64,000 bases of DNA from Eledone cirrhosa. Lineage: Eukaryota. Below the pieces are notes generated by a model, which saw only the letters and a program-made list of their open reading frames with translations, searched no databases and was not told the origin of the DNA. This document shows positions 45,290 through 58,580 of this stretch, piece after piece. Both the position numbers and the translations under genes were made by a program. Position 1 is the first letter of the stretch. The number at the start of each line of letters is the position of its first letter. The stretch is from the NCBI GenBank assembly GCA_964016885.1, contig OZ024741.1, positions 136,896,001 to 136,960,000 of the forward strand, read 5' to 3'.

Positions 45290-48200
45290 TTGGCAATAAG
45301 GGCAGGGGCCCCAGGGTTCACAGCCTGGCCCCGCTCGTCATCGTGCCACTGTAATAGAGCCAAATAAGGTATTTAATATTGGCCACTGGAACGTACGGAC
45401 ACTGCTTGACGGATTCCTCCAAACATCCTGAACGAAGGACCGCTCTCGTTGCAAAGAAGCTTCATCATTACGATCTTGACATCGTGGGTTTATCCAAGAT
45501 GAGGTTAGCTGGAGATGGTCATCTTACAGAATTTTTTGGAAAATATACATTCTTCTGGAAAGGAAGAGATGAAGGAACCAGAAGAGAGGCTGGGGTAGCA
45601 TTTGCTGTTAAGACTGCTCTTATGGATAAATTGGAAAAATTCCCAGTGGGGATTAGTGAGAGTCTTGTGTCCATGAGAATTCCGCTGGACAAAGAAAGAT
45701 ATGCGACCCTGGTGAGTGTGTATGCTCCAGCTATGAATTCTGTTGATGAAGAAAAAGTGTCTTTCTACCATGTCTTGAAAGGTGTTTTAAGAAATATCCC
45801 TCAGGCAGACAAGGTCATCGTGCTGCAGATGTGTGAGGAGCTGGATCTGTGAGATACCAACACCATGTTCCATCAAAAGAACAAATTTAAGATCACATGG
45901 ATGCATCCTGCATTTAAAGAATGGCATCTTTTGGACTACGTCTTTGTCAGGGTGCATGAAAGACGGGATGTGCAGTGTGTTCGTGTTCTCCATGGATCTG
46001 AGTGTTAGACGGACTCCCGCCTGGTACGTGCAAAAGAGAAACTAATCACTAAACGTAAAATCCGTGCTCCTGGTGTTACCCTGCGTAGGATGCTGCTCGT
46101 CTTCGAGATAATAATGTGTAGAGGGCATTGCAAGAAGAGATGCATGTTGCAAATTTTGGTGAGGATTGACCGACCGTTAAAAAGTCAGTTTATGATGTAG
46201 GCAGGCATGTTCTGGGATTGGTGCAGAGAAAGCATCAAGACTGGTTTAATGAAAACGATGAACATATAGAAGACTTGTTGGCTGATAAGAGGAGTGCTCT
46301 GTCACGCTACTAGACAGCAAAACCACAGGAGAAGAATATGTTGCATAAGGAACTCAAGGATGAAAAATCGCGTGTTAGGCGAAGTCTTTCTCAGATGAAG
46401 GATAAGTGGTGGTGTGAGAAGGCTGATTAGATTCCAATAACACAAAACTGTTGTACAGTTTCTTGCGTGAAGTTTATGGACCGTCTTCTTCTCTGGTGAC
46501 ACTGCTTCGCAGCAAGGATGGCAAGGAACTTCTTCGTGACTCACAAGGAATTCTACAAAGGTAGTGAGAGCACTTTCATGAACTTTTGAATCAGCCATCT
46601 GTCATCAATGAAGATTTCCTCAATCTCATTCCAGAAAAACCTATGAAAGCATCACAGACGCTTGTGGAGGTTACAGTAGCTATCTCGAAGCTGAACAGTG
46701 GAAGGTCTCCAGGTATGGATGGCATACATGCAGAGCTCCTACAATATGCTGGTGAGAGACTTCTGCAACATCTTCACTCTTTGTTGGCAGGATATGGGCC
46801 AGTGAATCTGTACCTGAGGACTGGAGGGATGCAGTAATGGTAGTCTTGTACAAGGGAAAGGGTAACAAGAATGATTGTGGAAACTAAGGGGTATATAATT
46901 GCTTTCTGTCGTAGGAAAAATTTTATGTAGGGTGCTTCTGGACCATCTGCTGACACACATTGCAGATTGTGCTCTTCCTGAAAGTCAATCTGGTTTTCGT
47001 GCTGGATGTGGCACTACTGATATGATCTTCTCAACTAGACAGCTCCAGAAGTGCATGGAACAAGGTTTGGATCTGGATCTGTATCAGGTTTTTGTCGATC
47101 TGACAAAAGCTTTCGATACTGTTTACAGAAATGTATTGTGGAAGGTTCTCCAGAAACTTGGTTGCCCTGATAAGTTCCTTGCTTTGGTTAGATTTTTTCC
47201 ATGACATGAAGGCTTGGGTTAATGTCGGAGGTAACATGTCGGAGCCTATCTCAGTAAAAAGTGGAGTGAAACAGGGATATTTCAGCACCGACCCTGTTTG
47301 CCATATACTTTGCAATGGTTTTCTATATTGCATTCAGGAATTGCAAGCATGGCGTTTACATCTGTAATGACCTACATTCCGCGGGCTCACATACATTCTG
47401 TGCGTGATTTGGCTCAGTTCAGCCAATCAGCGCCAGTAGAAGAGGATGTATCCCTACGCGCCCTGAGGAAGAAATTCCCCGCGAAGATTTGAAGAATCTC
47501 TCTCTTGTACCGGAAACTTCAAGCCAGCAACACGCATAATGTAACGGTGAGATTTGCACCCGAGCCTCGCCGGCTTAACGGCACAATGGCACATTCCCTT
47601 TTGTAACCTCTTTTTATCTGTAACTTCAACCATATAAATAAACATACATTTCATCTCTAATTACTGCTGTTGAAATCATTGTTATGTTACTCGTGTCTCA
47701 ATAACATCTATAATCCATGCTGCTGGAATTGGCGACCTGACGAAAGGAATATTGTAAATAGATGGTAAATAGATCGAGGGACCTTCCCTCACGTCTATGT
47801 CAACAAGATAATCCAACGAGGATACTATCACTTACCACACTGGCAACTAACGACCTTCAATCATCTACCCTGTTAAAGTAACGACCACTGATTCTACCAC
47901 CCTGCTAAAGTGGCGACTACTCTATAACCAATACTGCTAAACATCTACTATCAAACCTCAGGCAGCATATTTAACATCAGGCACTTTGCTGCAAAGACAA
48001 AAGTATTTACATCAATCATAAGAGACCTCTTGTATGTAGATGATTGCGATCATGTAGCGCACACAGAGAGTGATATGCAGCACATTTTGAATGCATTGTC
48101 TGATGCTTGCACTGCCCTAGGATTGACTGTCAGTCTCAAGAAAACCGTCATCATGTACCAACCTGCCGTAAGCAGTACAGTGAACCAAATATCTATGTGT

Positions 48201-48575
48201 ATGGTAAACGACTTGGAGTGGTTGATCAGTTTGTCTATGGGAAGCACTACCAATCGATACAGCAATCTTAGTAATGAAATTCCACTCAGGATTAGGAAAG
48301 CAAGAAAGGCACCTCTGGGGTCAGCGAGACATATGCAAGAAGACAAAGATAAAGGTGTACAAGGCATGTGTGCTCTCTTCTCTTCTTTATGCATGCAAGA
48401 CCTGGGTCACATGTCAACACCACCTTAAACAACTGGAGCATTTTCATGAGATGTGTCTCAGACGGATCCATGATGTACACTGGAGGGACCACATCAGTGA
48501 TGTCGAGATTTTGAAAAGCTCTGTGTGAAAGTATAGAAGCTCTTGTGCTTAAGCAAAGACTCCGATAGATCATTG
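45290..48575 (+). mobile_element. RTE/BovB-like LINE, decayed, 3'-truncated
   Basis: WNVRTL, PERRTALVA, SVYAP, LPESQSGFR, FVDLTKAFD, SGVKQG, GVYI.YQTSGSIFNIR, LLYVDD. Confidence 0.9.
47363..47940 (+). mobile_element. LTR-like insertion (578 bp) in the BovB-like RT
   Basis: 5-bp TSD ACATC at 47358-47362 and 47941-47945; removal restores GVYIYYQTSG; starts TGTAA, has AATAAA, but ends CTAA rather than CA. Confidence 0.7.
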
Positions 48576-48679
48576 GCTGTGCTGAAAAGCCACATACGAT
48601 CGCAGCACTGTTAATTGCTATTGTGTGTGTGGGGGGAGGGGGAGTTGTGTGTATGTATGTATATGTATATATAGATATA

Positions 48680-51600
48680 ATTATTTCATTTATTAGCCAC
48701 AAGGGCCGACATGTAGGGGACAATACAAAGACAGGGACAGTGGGGGTTTACAATAAGATCGAGTAAAAGTGCACAATGGCAAGACTAATTTTACAATGAA
48801 GATATAAAAAATATAAAATAAACTATGCATAAATATAACAAAATAAATTCCCCTACAGCGGGTGGATGACCCAGGTACCCCACCAATCCTGAACCACCCT
48901 GCGTTTCTAGGGCACCCAGGGAGAGCACCCCTCTCCTCAAGTTAGCTAGCCTATAGGCGCATGGTCAGAGTAGGCCCATTCTCACCACATTCATCCTCCT
49001 TTTAGCAAATGTACTGGGAGGCAGCACTTCTCTCTCCAGCCTCACCTTCCTTTCCAGGTGAAACTTGAAGAAGTTGATGAGGGATTGGCCAAAGAGAAAA
49101 CTGTCTGTCTTCAGTCCTTTTAATCTGGTCCACCATATAACCTCTTTTGCAACGGCCACCAGACAGAGGAAAATTGCCTGCTCTTTCTGACAGCTGTTTG
49201 ACATAACTTCACAAGTCAGTAATGCACGGAAATTGGACAAGTGCGTGCAGAACGGTTTCGTCGCTCTGTGCGCATCTTGGGCAGGTCCGTCTTACAGCAC
49301 TTCCGTGCCTGTAGAATTTATCCCGAACTGGCAGTGCCCCCCGGTAGCACTGCCAGGCAAGGGATTTCTGGAAATTGTCTATCGTCCCCGGCTCGAAAGT
49401 CCTCCGGTACAGACTGGTCAGTTCGACTTCGTCGAGGTCCAAAGCTTCTCCGAGTGCGTCATCGCACTTGCCCACCACTAATCCTCTATAGAACTCGAGA
49501 GTGAAAGTTCCACTGATCGTATTGCCCGCTTGGTAGAGGGCAGTGAATGCCTGGCAACATTCCAGGTGCCAGTCACCCAGTCTCGGTCTCTCCTTGACCC
49601 AGGACTGCAGCTCAGTCAAAGAAACGAGCTGCGGAAAGGCCCATCTGATAAACGGCGACCACACCTGTTCACCATTTAGGAAGAATATCTGGAGATGTCA
49701 CAGCCTCAGCACATGTCTGCGCATCATTAGCCACGGCATGCCCAGCCCTCTGCGTAGAGGGTGCTAGCAGCAGATGAACCGCCGCACCAACGGATATTGT
49801 GCTTTCCACAAGAATTTGAAGTGAAGCCGTTCCAACTTGATGAGGCGCCGACGGGGGCAAGGCACGACGGACAGGCGGTAGTAGATGACGGACGCGATGT
49901 ACGCATTCGCCACCTCCGCGCGACCTTTCAGTGATAGCTTCCTCCCAGCCCATTTTTGGATGAGACTGGCTACTCTGCTCGTTACCTCGTCCCAATTCTT
50001 TTCCACCTGGAGGTCTGGTCCGAACCAAACCCCGAGCAACTTTACCGGTCCGTCCGTCCAGCGCCCGACGACGCTGTTGGACGGCATAGGCTTCCCTCTC
50101 CACCGACTTTTCTGGGTTAAGTTTAGCTCCTGTCAACCTTTCATATTCCTTCAATAAGGTGCCGACCACCTCGATTTCTGAGGTGTCCGACAACATCACG
50201 GTGATGTCGTCCGCATAAGCCGACACCGCCTTTCCCCGTCCCAGTTCGAGCGGGAAGATTTACTTACCTCCCAGGGTCTTGTGAAGGTCGGGTGGTTCAA
50301 CCTCTATGGTTGGTGGGGTTTCTTTTGGGAATTCCTTTAAAAGTCTTGATGTGGGTTTCACATTCGGGGTTCCCACATCTTGAGGAAAGCTCTCTCGAAT
50401 TTCTTTGTAAGAATCGAGCGACATTCGCACCAGAAGCAAATCTTCTGGCATGCAAAATGTGTTCAATTCAAACATCTCCCCTTCTGTTTGGATATCCTCG
50501 CTTCGTGCTAAGAGGGCCATCAATTTATCGTTGGCCCTTCTGACAAGCACAAAGTTTTTAATGTTTTGTTGGTGTGGTTTTATTTGTTTTCATTTTGGTG
50601 ACTGTGGTGGTGAAGGTTTTGGTAGTGTTGTTTCAGGTATGTCTATGTTTGTTGTAGGTGTCGTGTCTGCAATTTCAGGTGTCTGTGTTTATTTGTTCTT
50701 GTGTTTGTTTAGGCTGTTTGCGTTTCGGGGATTGTGGAGGTGATGTTGATGTTATTGGGGAAGTGTTTGTGTTAGTGGTGTCTGTATTTTTTGTTGTGTA
50801 TGTTTTTGTGTTTTGTTGGGGCTGTTTTCTCTTTTGTTATTTGGCACTTTTGGGTTTTCCTTCATCTTCACTGCTGGAAGACAAATTGTCTGTGGCTGTG
50901 AGTGTATCTGTGTCTGTGTGTGCATTTATTGTTTTGTCTATGTGTATAATTGGAGGGGTAGGGGGAGTGGGAGAGCTTTCCTCGTTTTCCCCTTAGATTG
51001 GTTTCGGTGCTGGTGGTGGTCCGACTGTTTTTGATGTTGATTGGGTTACCCATGTCATTGTTGGTGTTGTTTTTGGTGGTGGTGGTGCAGCTTTCCGTGC
51101 TGACACTGGTGTTGGCAACAAAGGAGGTTTGCGACTCCTGCATTTTTGAGCTGAGGGCAGAAGGCTTGCAGATGCGTTGCTTCTCCGCAGACGAAGCAGT
51201 GCAGCCTTCTTTCCTCAGTGATTAATTGGATTGTTGTCCCGTCCTGCAGGCGGGCAAAATCCGGGATGTTGTTGATGTCCTCTGGTTTCATTTGGAGAAA
51301 AATCTCCAAATCCATTCCGGACCAGTCTTCTCTCTCTGTCCTTTTGATATCCAGGAGGGTAGTGTCTGTCCCCTCCTCGATTACGCATCCCAGGAGCCTC
51401 CATATGTTCATTCCTGGTGGGATCTTGGGAATGCGGACCTTTACTGTCCTTTTGCCCATGTAGGACGGGTGCATGATAATGCGTTCCGTTCTACAAGGGG
51501 TCACCGAGTGGTTAATAGCAAGGACTTCGGTTTTGAACAGTACCGAGATGGTACCGAACTGCTTGGCCCTTGCTTTATACTCGATGTCACTTCCGGTGCA

Positions 51601-52412
51601 CTTCAAAACAGCCTCGACCTCTGCTTGGCTGGCAAGTTCCACTTTGCGTGTCTGCACTGAAATGCATCAAAAGTACACCGTCCTCCTTTGCATGGCTGCT
51701 ATTGCCTCGTCCGGGATGGTTATGTTTGCCCAGGACTTCTCTCGTTTAATTAGCCTCCAACTGTTGTTCCTTATTGCTAATATCAACATTCAATAAGCGC
51801 TTTGTTTTTGCTGCTGCTGCTGCAAAGGTGATGCCTCTGTTCTGTTGCTCTTGTTGTTGGTGTTGTCGTTCTTGCTGTTGCCACCGCCATCAGTGTTTAC
51901 ATTTAGGCTGTCGGTGTTATTATCGTTGTTGTTGTGGTGGTGGTGGTGATGGTGGTGGTGGTGGCGGTGGCGGTGATGGTGATGGTGGTGGTGGCGATGG
52001 CGGTGATGTCGTCTTGAGATGGTACTGCTACTATCACAGTAGAGAGCGGTTGTGATGGTAACTTTTGTGTTTTGCCATCACATTCAGTGGAATGGTCGAC
52101 AGGCATGTCTGTAGTAGTAGTTGTTGTGGTGTGATCTACAGTGGCTGTTTTTGAACTTTTGACCTGTACGTTGTTTACCGTTTCAAGGTTGAAAATTTCC
52201 ATAATTTTTTGGGGGGTGGGGAAGCGATTTTTTTCGAAGTTTTTAAAAATAAATCTGAATATTCAGGCTTAAAGCCCGAATATTGAGAGGTCTCCCTTCC
52301 TTGGAACCAAGGTGGGTACCTTATGCTTCGTTAACGACAAGAAAATACAAAAAAATGATACTTTAAAACAGCTTAAAGTTACGAACCTTTTCCCCCACAG
52401 ACTTGTACGTCT
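48680..52412 (-). mobile_element. Divergent Tx1-like element D: both ends present, ORF1, EN and most RT deleted
   Basis: GACGT at 52411, hairpins 52258-52321, CFVCGEATHLQAFC, SAYADD at ~50210, CPRC..H...FPC, stop 48951-48953, GTGGCTAATAAA end. Confidence 0.9.
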
Positions 52413-52454
52413 TCATACATGTGCATCTACTAATAAATATATATAGATATAATA

Positions 52455-52690
52455 ATAATAATAATAATGAAATTATTGTGTACAGTGCTCAGGTGCACTA
52501 CAACTCATCAAAGGTGCATGTATAATACATAGAATAATGTACAAATGTCAGGGAAGTGAATAATGTACAAATGTCAGGGAAGTGAATAGTGTATGAGTTA
52601 TGATATACATGTGTGCGTGTCTATGGAGGGGGAGTATTAGGTGTAGTGTTGGCGAATCTCAGGAAGCATGGAGGTTTTAATAGATGCAGT
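52455..52690 (-). mobile_element. LINE 3' end fragment (CR1-like, inferred)
   Basis: Reverse complement of ~63552-63745; ends TTGTAGTGCACCTGAGCACTGTACACAAT plus (ATT)n. Confidence 0.55.
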
Positions 52691-53239
52691 GTTTCGACAA
52701 TGTGTGTATGTGTGTGTGTGTATATTTATATATATTTTTTTTGTTATTATTATTGTCATTGTTATTATATTGTTGGGGGGGGGGGGGTTCTCGTGCAATG
52801 GCCATACTTGATAACGAGGGAGCAGCCATCATGTATGTATGTATGTATGATAATGACGGCCATACTGGTGATGGTGATGATGTCAGTGATAGTGGTGATG
52901 GTGATGTAAAAACAGAGAGATGATGATATCAACCAAAAATCATATTGCGAAGTGTTTCCTTTAGATCTTCGTCCATATATGGTAAAAGTTCCTTAAAGCA
53001 CTCTTTAGCAATGGCTACTTGTTTCTTGGTACCAGATAAAACCATTTCTCCATACAGGTACGTACTCATTGCCTGTAAAATAAATTAACATGAAATAATC
53101 TAAATTTTAGATAAATAATTTCTTGATTAAATTTCTAACGAATGACACAACCTATGATTTTTTTTAAATTTATAAAATTATCAAAAACTGAGAATGATTT
53201 AGTAGTGTAACTAATTTTTCCATTACTAAGCTGGTGTTT

Positions 53240-53447
53240 TAGGACAGTAGATTGGCAGAATCGACAGAGCGTCGGACATGCTTTTTGGCATGTTACGTCC
53301 CTTTATGTTGAGTTCAAATCCTGCCGTGGTTAGCTTTGCCTTTCATCTGTAAGGGGTTGATGAAATAAAGTACCACGAACATACTGGGGTCAATGTAACT
53401 GAATTTATCCTCCCCTAATATTGCTGTGCCTAAATCAGAAACAATTA
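53240..53447 (+). mobile_element. SINE family A variant
   Basis: TGGCAGAATCG head, GAGTTCAAATCC, family core; TSD ATTA(C/T)TAAGCTGGTGTTT split by the piggyBac. Confidence 0.75.
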
Positions 53448-53648
53448 TTAACCCTTTAGCGTTCAAAACAGCCAAAATGATTTCCCTTTTATTTGTACAA
53501 ACTGGCCGAAACCAGCAAAAGACACCCACACTAAGATATCATTCTGAAAATAAACAATAACATCATCAAAATCTCATTGATTTGAGATTACTGTGAGAAG
53601 GCTTTTACCACGAAATATAACACTTAATATAGTGAAACTTGAAACATA

Positions 53649-53986
53649 GAAGCACATGGCTTAGTGGTTAGAGCATTGGGCTTGCAATCGAAAGGTTGTG
53701 AGTTGAATTCTCAGACCGGGTGATGTGTTGTTTCCTTGAGCAAGACACTTAATTTCACATTGCTCCAGTTTACTAGAAATGAGATGATAGGGACTGGGGT
53801 CCCTATCATTCCACTGCAAAGTGGTCGTGGAGGTGCCACAGCAAAAAAGCACCCAGCACTCACTGTAAATGAGGTTGGTGTTAGGAAGAGCATCCACTGT
53901 AGAAATCAAGCCAGAATCAGTTCCCGTCCCACCCTTGCAAGCAGGGAAAAGTGGACGTAAAATGATGATGATGATGATGATGATGA
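53649..53986 (+). mobile_element. SINE family C with RTE-derived 3' tail
   Basis: A box TGGCTTAGTGG, B-box-like GAGTTGAATTC; tail GGTTGGTGTTAGGAAGAGCATCC...GGACGTAAAA(TGA)n. Confidence 0.85.
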
Positions 53987-54488
53987 AAGTACAACAGATT
54001 TTTTTTGTGTGTCTACCAACATATGATACTGACTTTGAAGGTTTTACATGCAATGACATTCAAAATGAAGAAGTAAAAGAAAATATCAGTGATTTGTCTC
54101 CAAATGAATCAGACAGACATATATATCTCTGAATTTTCATCCGACAATGATAGTTGTTTTAATAGTGAAAGTGAAGATGATCTCCAGAACACCATTGGAA
54201 ATATTACAGCAACGTGGTCGAGAAACACCACACCAATACATGTTCCCGATTTCATTGAAAATACTGGTCCTCAACACACATTACCTCCCAATGCTAAAGC
54301 ACTGGATTATTTCTTTTTGTTTTTGCCACAGACTTTCTTTGAAGTTGTGGCAAAAGAGACGAATCGATATGCCCAACAGCAGATTTCATATCGATACACC
54401 CAACAACAAACTTCATATCGAGGAATATCCAATCTATTATGGCAACCGACAGATGCTGTGGAAATTCAATTATTTTTTTACTATAAAT

Positions 54489-54655
54489 ATAGTTGTTTCT
54501 ACTTTTGGCACACGGCCAGCAATTATCCCAGTGCATTACTGGTGCTTTATTTTATAAACCCTGTAAGGAGGAAAAGCAAAGTTGACCTCAGCGGGATTTG
54601 AACTCAGACCATAAAGGGCCGTAACTCCATGCTGCAAAGCATGTCGTCCGACCCT
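54489..54655 (-). mobile_element. SINE family A
   Basis: Reverse complement of ~2015-2180. Confidence 0.8.
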
Positions 54656-54814
54656 CCACCTTTTACTATAACGTTTGGTATAAAGCAATTTTCAAGATTG
54701 TGGAATTATTGCAGCATTGATATAAGGTTTAGTGACTCTTATAAAATTTCGTCATTTTTTCCCGAAAATTTCGTCAATTTTTGTCGAAAATTTCGTCAAA
54801 TTTTTCCAGAAAAT

Positions 54815-55153
54815 ATCATCATCATCATCATTTTACGTCCACTTTTCCCTGCTTGCAAGGGTGGGACAGGAACTGATACTGGCTTGATTTTTACAGCTGG
54901 ATGCCCTTCCTAACACCAACCTCATTTACAGTGCGTGCTGGGTGCTTTTTTGCCGTGGCACCTCCACGACCACTTTGCAGTGAAATGATAGGGACCCCAG
55001 TCCTTATCATCTCATTTCTACAGCTGAGTAAACTGGAACAATGTGAAATAAAGTCTCTTGCTCAAGGAAACAACACATCACCCAGTCCGAGAATTGAACT
55101 TACAACCTTTCGATTGCAAGGCCAATGCTCTAACCACTAAGCCATATGCCTCC
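54815..55153 (-). mobile_element. SINE family C, inverted relative to the 53649 copy
   Basis: Close reverse complement of 53649-53986. Confidence 0.88.
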
Positions 55154-55406
55154 ATATATCAAGTATTATATATCAAGTATTATGCCAAAAACAAGGTATT
55201 TAAAATTAAATCAGTATTTGCAGCTGGTCGATACATCAAATATTTAAGAAATGAATTGAACTATATATGTATGTATATATATATATGTATGGGGTGGTGG
55301 ATTAGCAGAATTGTTAAAGAGTAAAACGGGATATTTTGCAGGATCTAATTTGGGTATGTGTGTATACATATATATATATATATACATATACATACATATA
55401 TATATA

Positions 55407-56606
55407 TCATCATCATCATCATCAGGTTTAGCGTCCGTGTTCCACGCTTGCATGGGTTTGGACGGGGGTTTTCCCACTTGAGGCAAGAGTGGTTGTCTTG
55501 CTCGCATAGGACTGTCTGGCGGGTTTTCTACAGTTGGATGCCCTTCCTAACACCAACCACATTTACAGTGTGGGGCTGGGAGTTTTTACCGTGTTGCCTA
55601 CACGGCCACATTACAGCGTGGACTGTCTGGCGGGTTTTCTACAGCTGGATGCCCTTCCTAACACCAACCACATTTACAGTGTGGGGCTGGGAGGTTTTTA
55701 CCGTGTTGCCTACACGGCCACATTTACAGCGTGAACTGTGTGTTTTTTTGTCGTGACACCTACACGATCTCATTTGTTTCGGCCTGGATGTTGTGGGACC
55801 AACATAACTTTACATTGAAAGGGGCGGTGTGGATGGGGTGGAGGTGGTGGGACGGGGGTGTGTTTTGATAGAGGTGCCTACTAACTGTAGTAGGTTTTTA
55901 CTTTGTATTTAGGTAAGGCGGGTCTTCTCTATTACTGAGTACCGCCAAAGGTCTCGGTCCAGTGACATTGTCTTGGAGAGGTGTAAGCGTGTGAGGTCGG
56001 AATTTATCAGCTCGTCCCATGTTTTTCTGGGTCTGCCTACTCCGTGGCTACCGTCTATCTTTATTGCCCTGCACTTTGTTATACAGTTGTCGTCTTTCAT
56101 GCGCATCACGTGACCGTACCAACGTAGCCTTCTCTCGAGTAAACAACATCTGATCCCTCTTATTTCTAATTTTTTCCTTAGTTCGTTTAAGCTTTGCCGT
56201 TCACGTATATTACTATTGCACATCCAGCGGAGCATGCAAGCTTCGTTCCTCTCTAGTCTGCGTATATCCTCTGCACACAATGCCCAGGTCTCACTGCCAT
56301 GCAGCATTGCTGTTCGTATGCAGGCATCGTATAACCTGCCTTTCATTTTTAGGGAGAACCCTCTAGCGGCTAATAGTGGTATAAGCTCTCTGAACTTTTT
56401 CCATCCAGTTCTGACTCTAGCTACTGTACTTTCAGAGCACCCTCCCCCACTGCTGATTTTGTCACCCAGGTAACGGAAGCTGTCCACTATTTCTATAGAA
56501 CCCTCTGCGCAGTTGAAGGAGCTAGTATTTTGTGGGCACTTGCTGCTACTTGTTGCACCAGAGCACCGGCCACATGTAAAATCTATGTTCTTAGTTAGCT
56601 TACCTG
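55407..56606 (-). mobile_element. RTE LINE 3' fragment (same family as 11721-14779) with complete 3' UTR and (TGA)n tail
   Basis: Open C-terminal ORF ending at 55909; 111-bp tandem duplication in the 3' UTR (55511/55622). Confidence 0.92.
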
Positions 56607-56640
56607 TATATATTATATATATATATACATATATACATAC

Positions 56641-56671
<31 letters not shown>

Positions 56672-56687
56672 ATACATATATACATAC

Positions 56688-56718
<31 letters not shown>

Positions 56719-56734
56719 ATACATATATACATAC

Positions 56735-56765
<31 letters not shown>

Positions 56766-56833
56766 ATACATATATACATACATACATATATACATATACA
56801 TACATACATATATACATATACATACATACATAT

Positions 56834-56879
<46 letters not shown>

Positions 56880-56891
56880 TATTTATGTTTG

Positions 56892-56926
<35 letters not shown>
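56607..56926. repeat. (TA)n/(TACA)n microsatellite
   Basis: Directly visible. Confidence 0.95.
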
Positions 56927-57736
56927 AGGCAAACTGACAGAGTCGCTAGAATGTCAGATAGAATGCTTTATGGTATTCATTCCAGCTCTCTGGCTATATC
57001 CACTTAAAGTTTAAAGTGTTGTGCTTATCCATAAAGTCATTACTTTTACACCTGTTAATTAATTTCACCTACCCATAAAATTCAAATTTAACAAAAGAAA
57101 AGAAATCAGGTAAAAATAAATAATTGTAAATTATTGATATTTAAACATCTGACAAAATTTCGAGTCTGCACATAGAAAATTACAAACAAATTTAGTTGAT
57201 AACCCTCTTGAGTATGATTAACTAAAAATAATGTGAATAGATAAACATGACATTTGACAAAGTAATGTAAATGCTAAAGGGTTAAGCTGGTGTTTGAAAC
57301 ACAACAAAAGTTTTTACATTACATAAACTTATGATGGAAGGTTCTTATATATATATATATATATATATATTAATTAAAGATTAATTATTCTCTAATACTT
57401 AAACATCTCAATGAGTGGAATCACTCAGAGAAGCAATATACATTAAATTTAAATGAGAAAAAAAAAATATTTATGGGAGTACAAACCAGATAGACAAAAA
57501 AAATATTTTATCTAAACTCACTTATATAAAGATCTCCCTACTATGGTGGAAGAATTCTTATTGGAACCATCACTAATTGAAGAGTCTGCAATACTCTTCA
57601 GGGGAGTTTAAATTCTTCAAAACCTAAGAGAATATTGACCAAGAAATGATATACACTGTTTCATTTGCCGAGGCAGCATGCTCAATAAAAATGCATGTTG
57701 TGTAGTTGAACTACTATGTCATCAAAAATCCCTTAA

Positions 57737-57957
57737 CCCTTTAGCATTTAAACCGGCCATAACCGGCCAGAATTCTCTCCCCTCTTTCTGTTCAAAGTGT
57801 CAGTAACCAGCCGCTCATACTGATGTTAAGGTATTGTTTTCAAAATAAATAATATCAAAATCTCGTAAATTCGATATTAAATGAGGTAATTATGTGAGGT
57901 AAAGTGTTTACCATGAAAATAGAATAGAAAATATAGAGTAATGTAAATCCTAAAGGG
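57737..57957. mobile_element. piggyBac MITE (221 bp)
   Basis: TTAA flanks; CCCTTTAGCATTTA / TAAATCCTAAAGGG. Confidence 0.88.
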
Positions 57958-58119
57958 TTAATATATTAGGTGAATATATATGTGACAGGCTTATAATCCC
58001 GCTAGAAATAGCAGCCAAAAAGCAGTCTGATACAACTCGACAAATTAAGGAGTAGTTTAATATCAATTAATGGTTAATTAGTCTTTAATAGTTAAACATC
58101 TCAAGAGTGGAATCTGCTA

Positions 58120-58580
58120 TTCCTGCTAACAACAAAGGCTTTCCCTTACAAATGAAAGTTTGACACCTGTGTGCAAAGTGCCATGCTGCATGGTAGTGAG
58201 ACATGGGCAGAGGACATGTGAAAGCTAGAGAGAAATGAGACAAACATGCTTCAATGGATGTGCAATGTTAATGTGTGAGAACAACAGAGCTTGGATGAAC
58301 TGAGTATAATAAAAATCAGAAATAGTGTACAGAAAAGACTGCATTGGTATGGACATGATATGCATGGATGATGATCATTGGGTGAAGAAGTGCTAAGTAA
58401 TCCTAGTGGAGAGAAGCCGCAGTAGAGGAAGACCAAAGAAGACCTGGATGGAAGTGATGAGAGCTGATCTCAGATCGCTAAAGCTCATAGAGGAGATGAC
58501 AAAGGAACGCAACAAGTGGAAAGATGCTGTACTGACCCATCAAATCCAGCAAGCGTAGGACAACAGACATAAAATGATGA
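58120..58580 (+). mobile_element. Old RTE 3' fragment
   Basis: MLHGSETWA, LERNE, RLHWYGH, RGRPKKTW; ATGATGA tail. Confidence 0.8.

Larger units (their letters stand above)
53452..57281 (+). mobile_element. Internally deleted piggyBac with nested SINEs and an RTE fragment
   Basis: TTAA at 53448-53451 and 57282-57285; same TIRs; transposase N-terminal homology ~54020-55240. Confidence 0.9.

Noticed and set aside
53649-53720. tRNA gene
   Set aside because: It has A/B boxes but continues into a SINE body with no acceptor stem or terminator.
56513-57007. Tyr/Ile-rich ORFs (also 3043-3480, 10691-11023, 40425-40961)
   Set aside because: Translations of microsatellites or low-complexity DNA.
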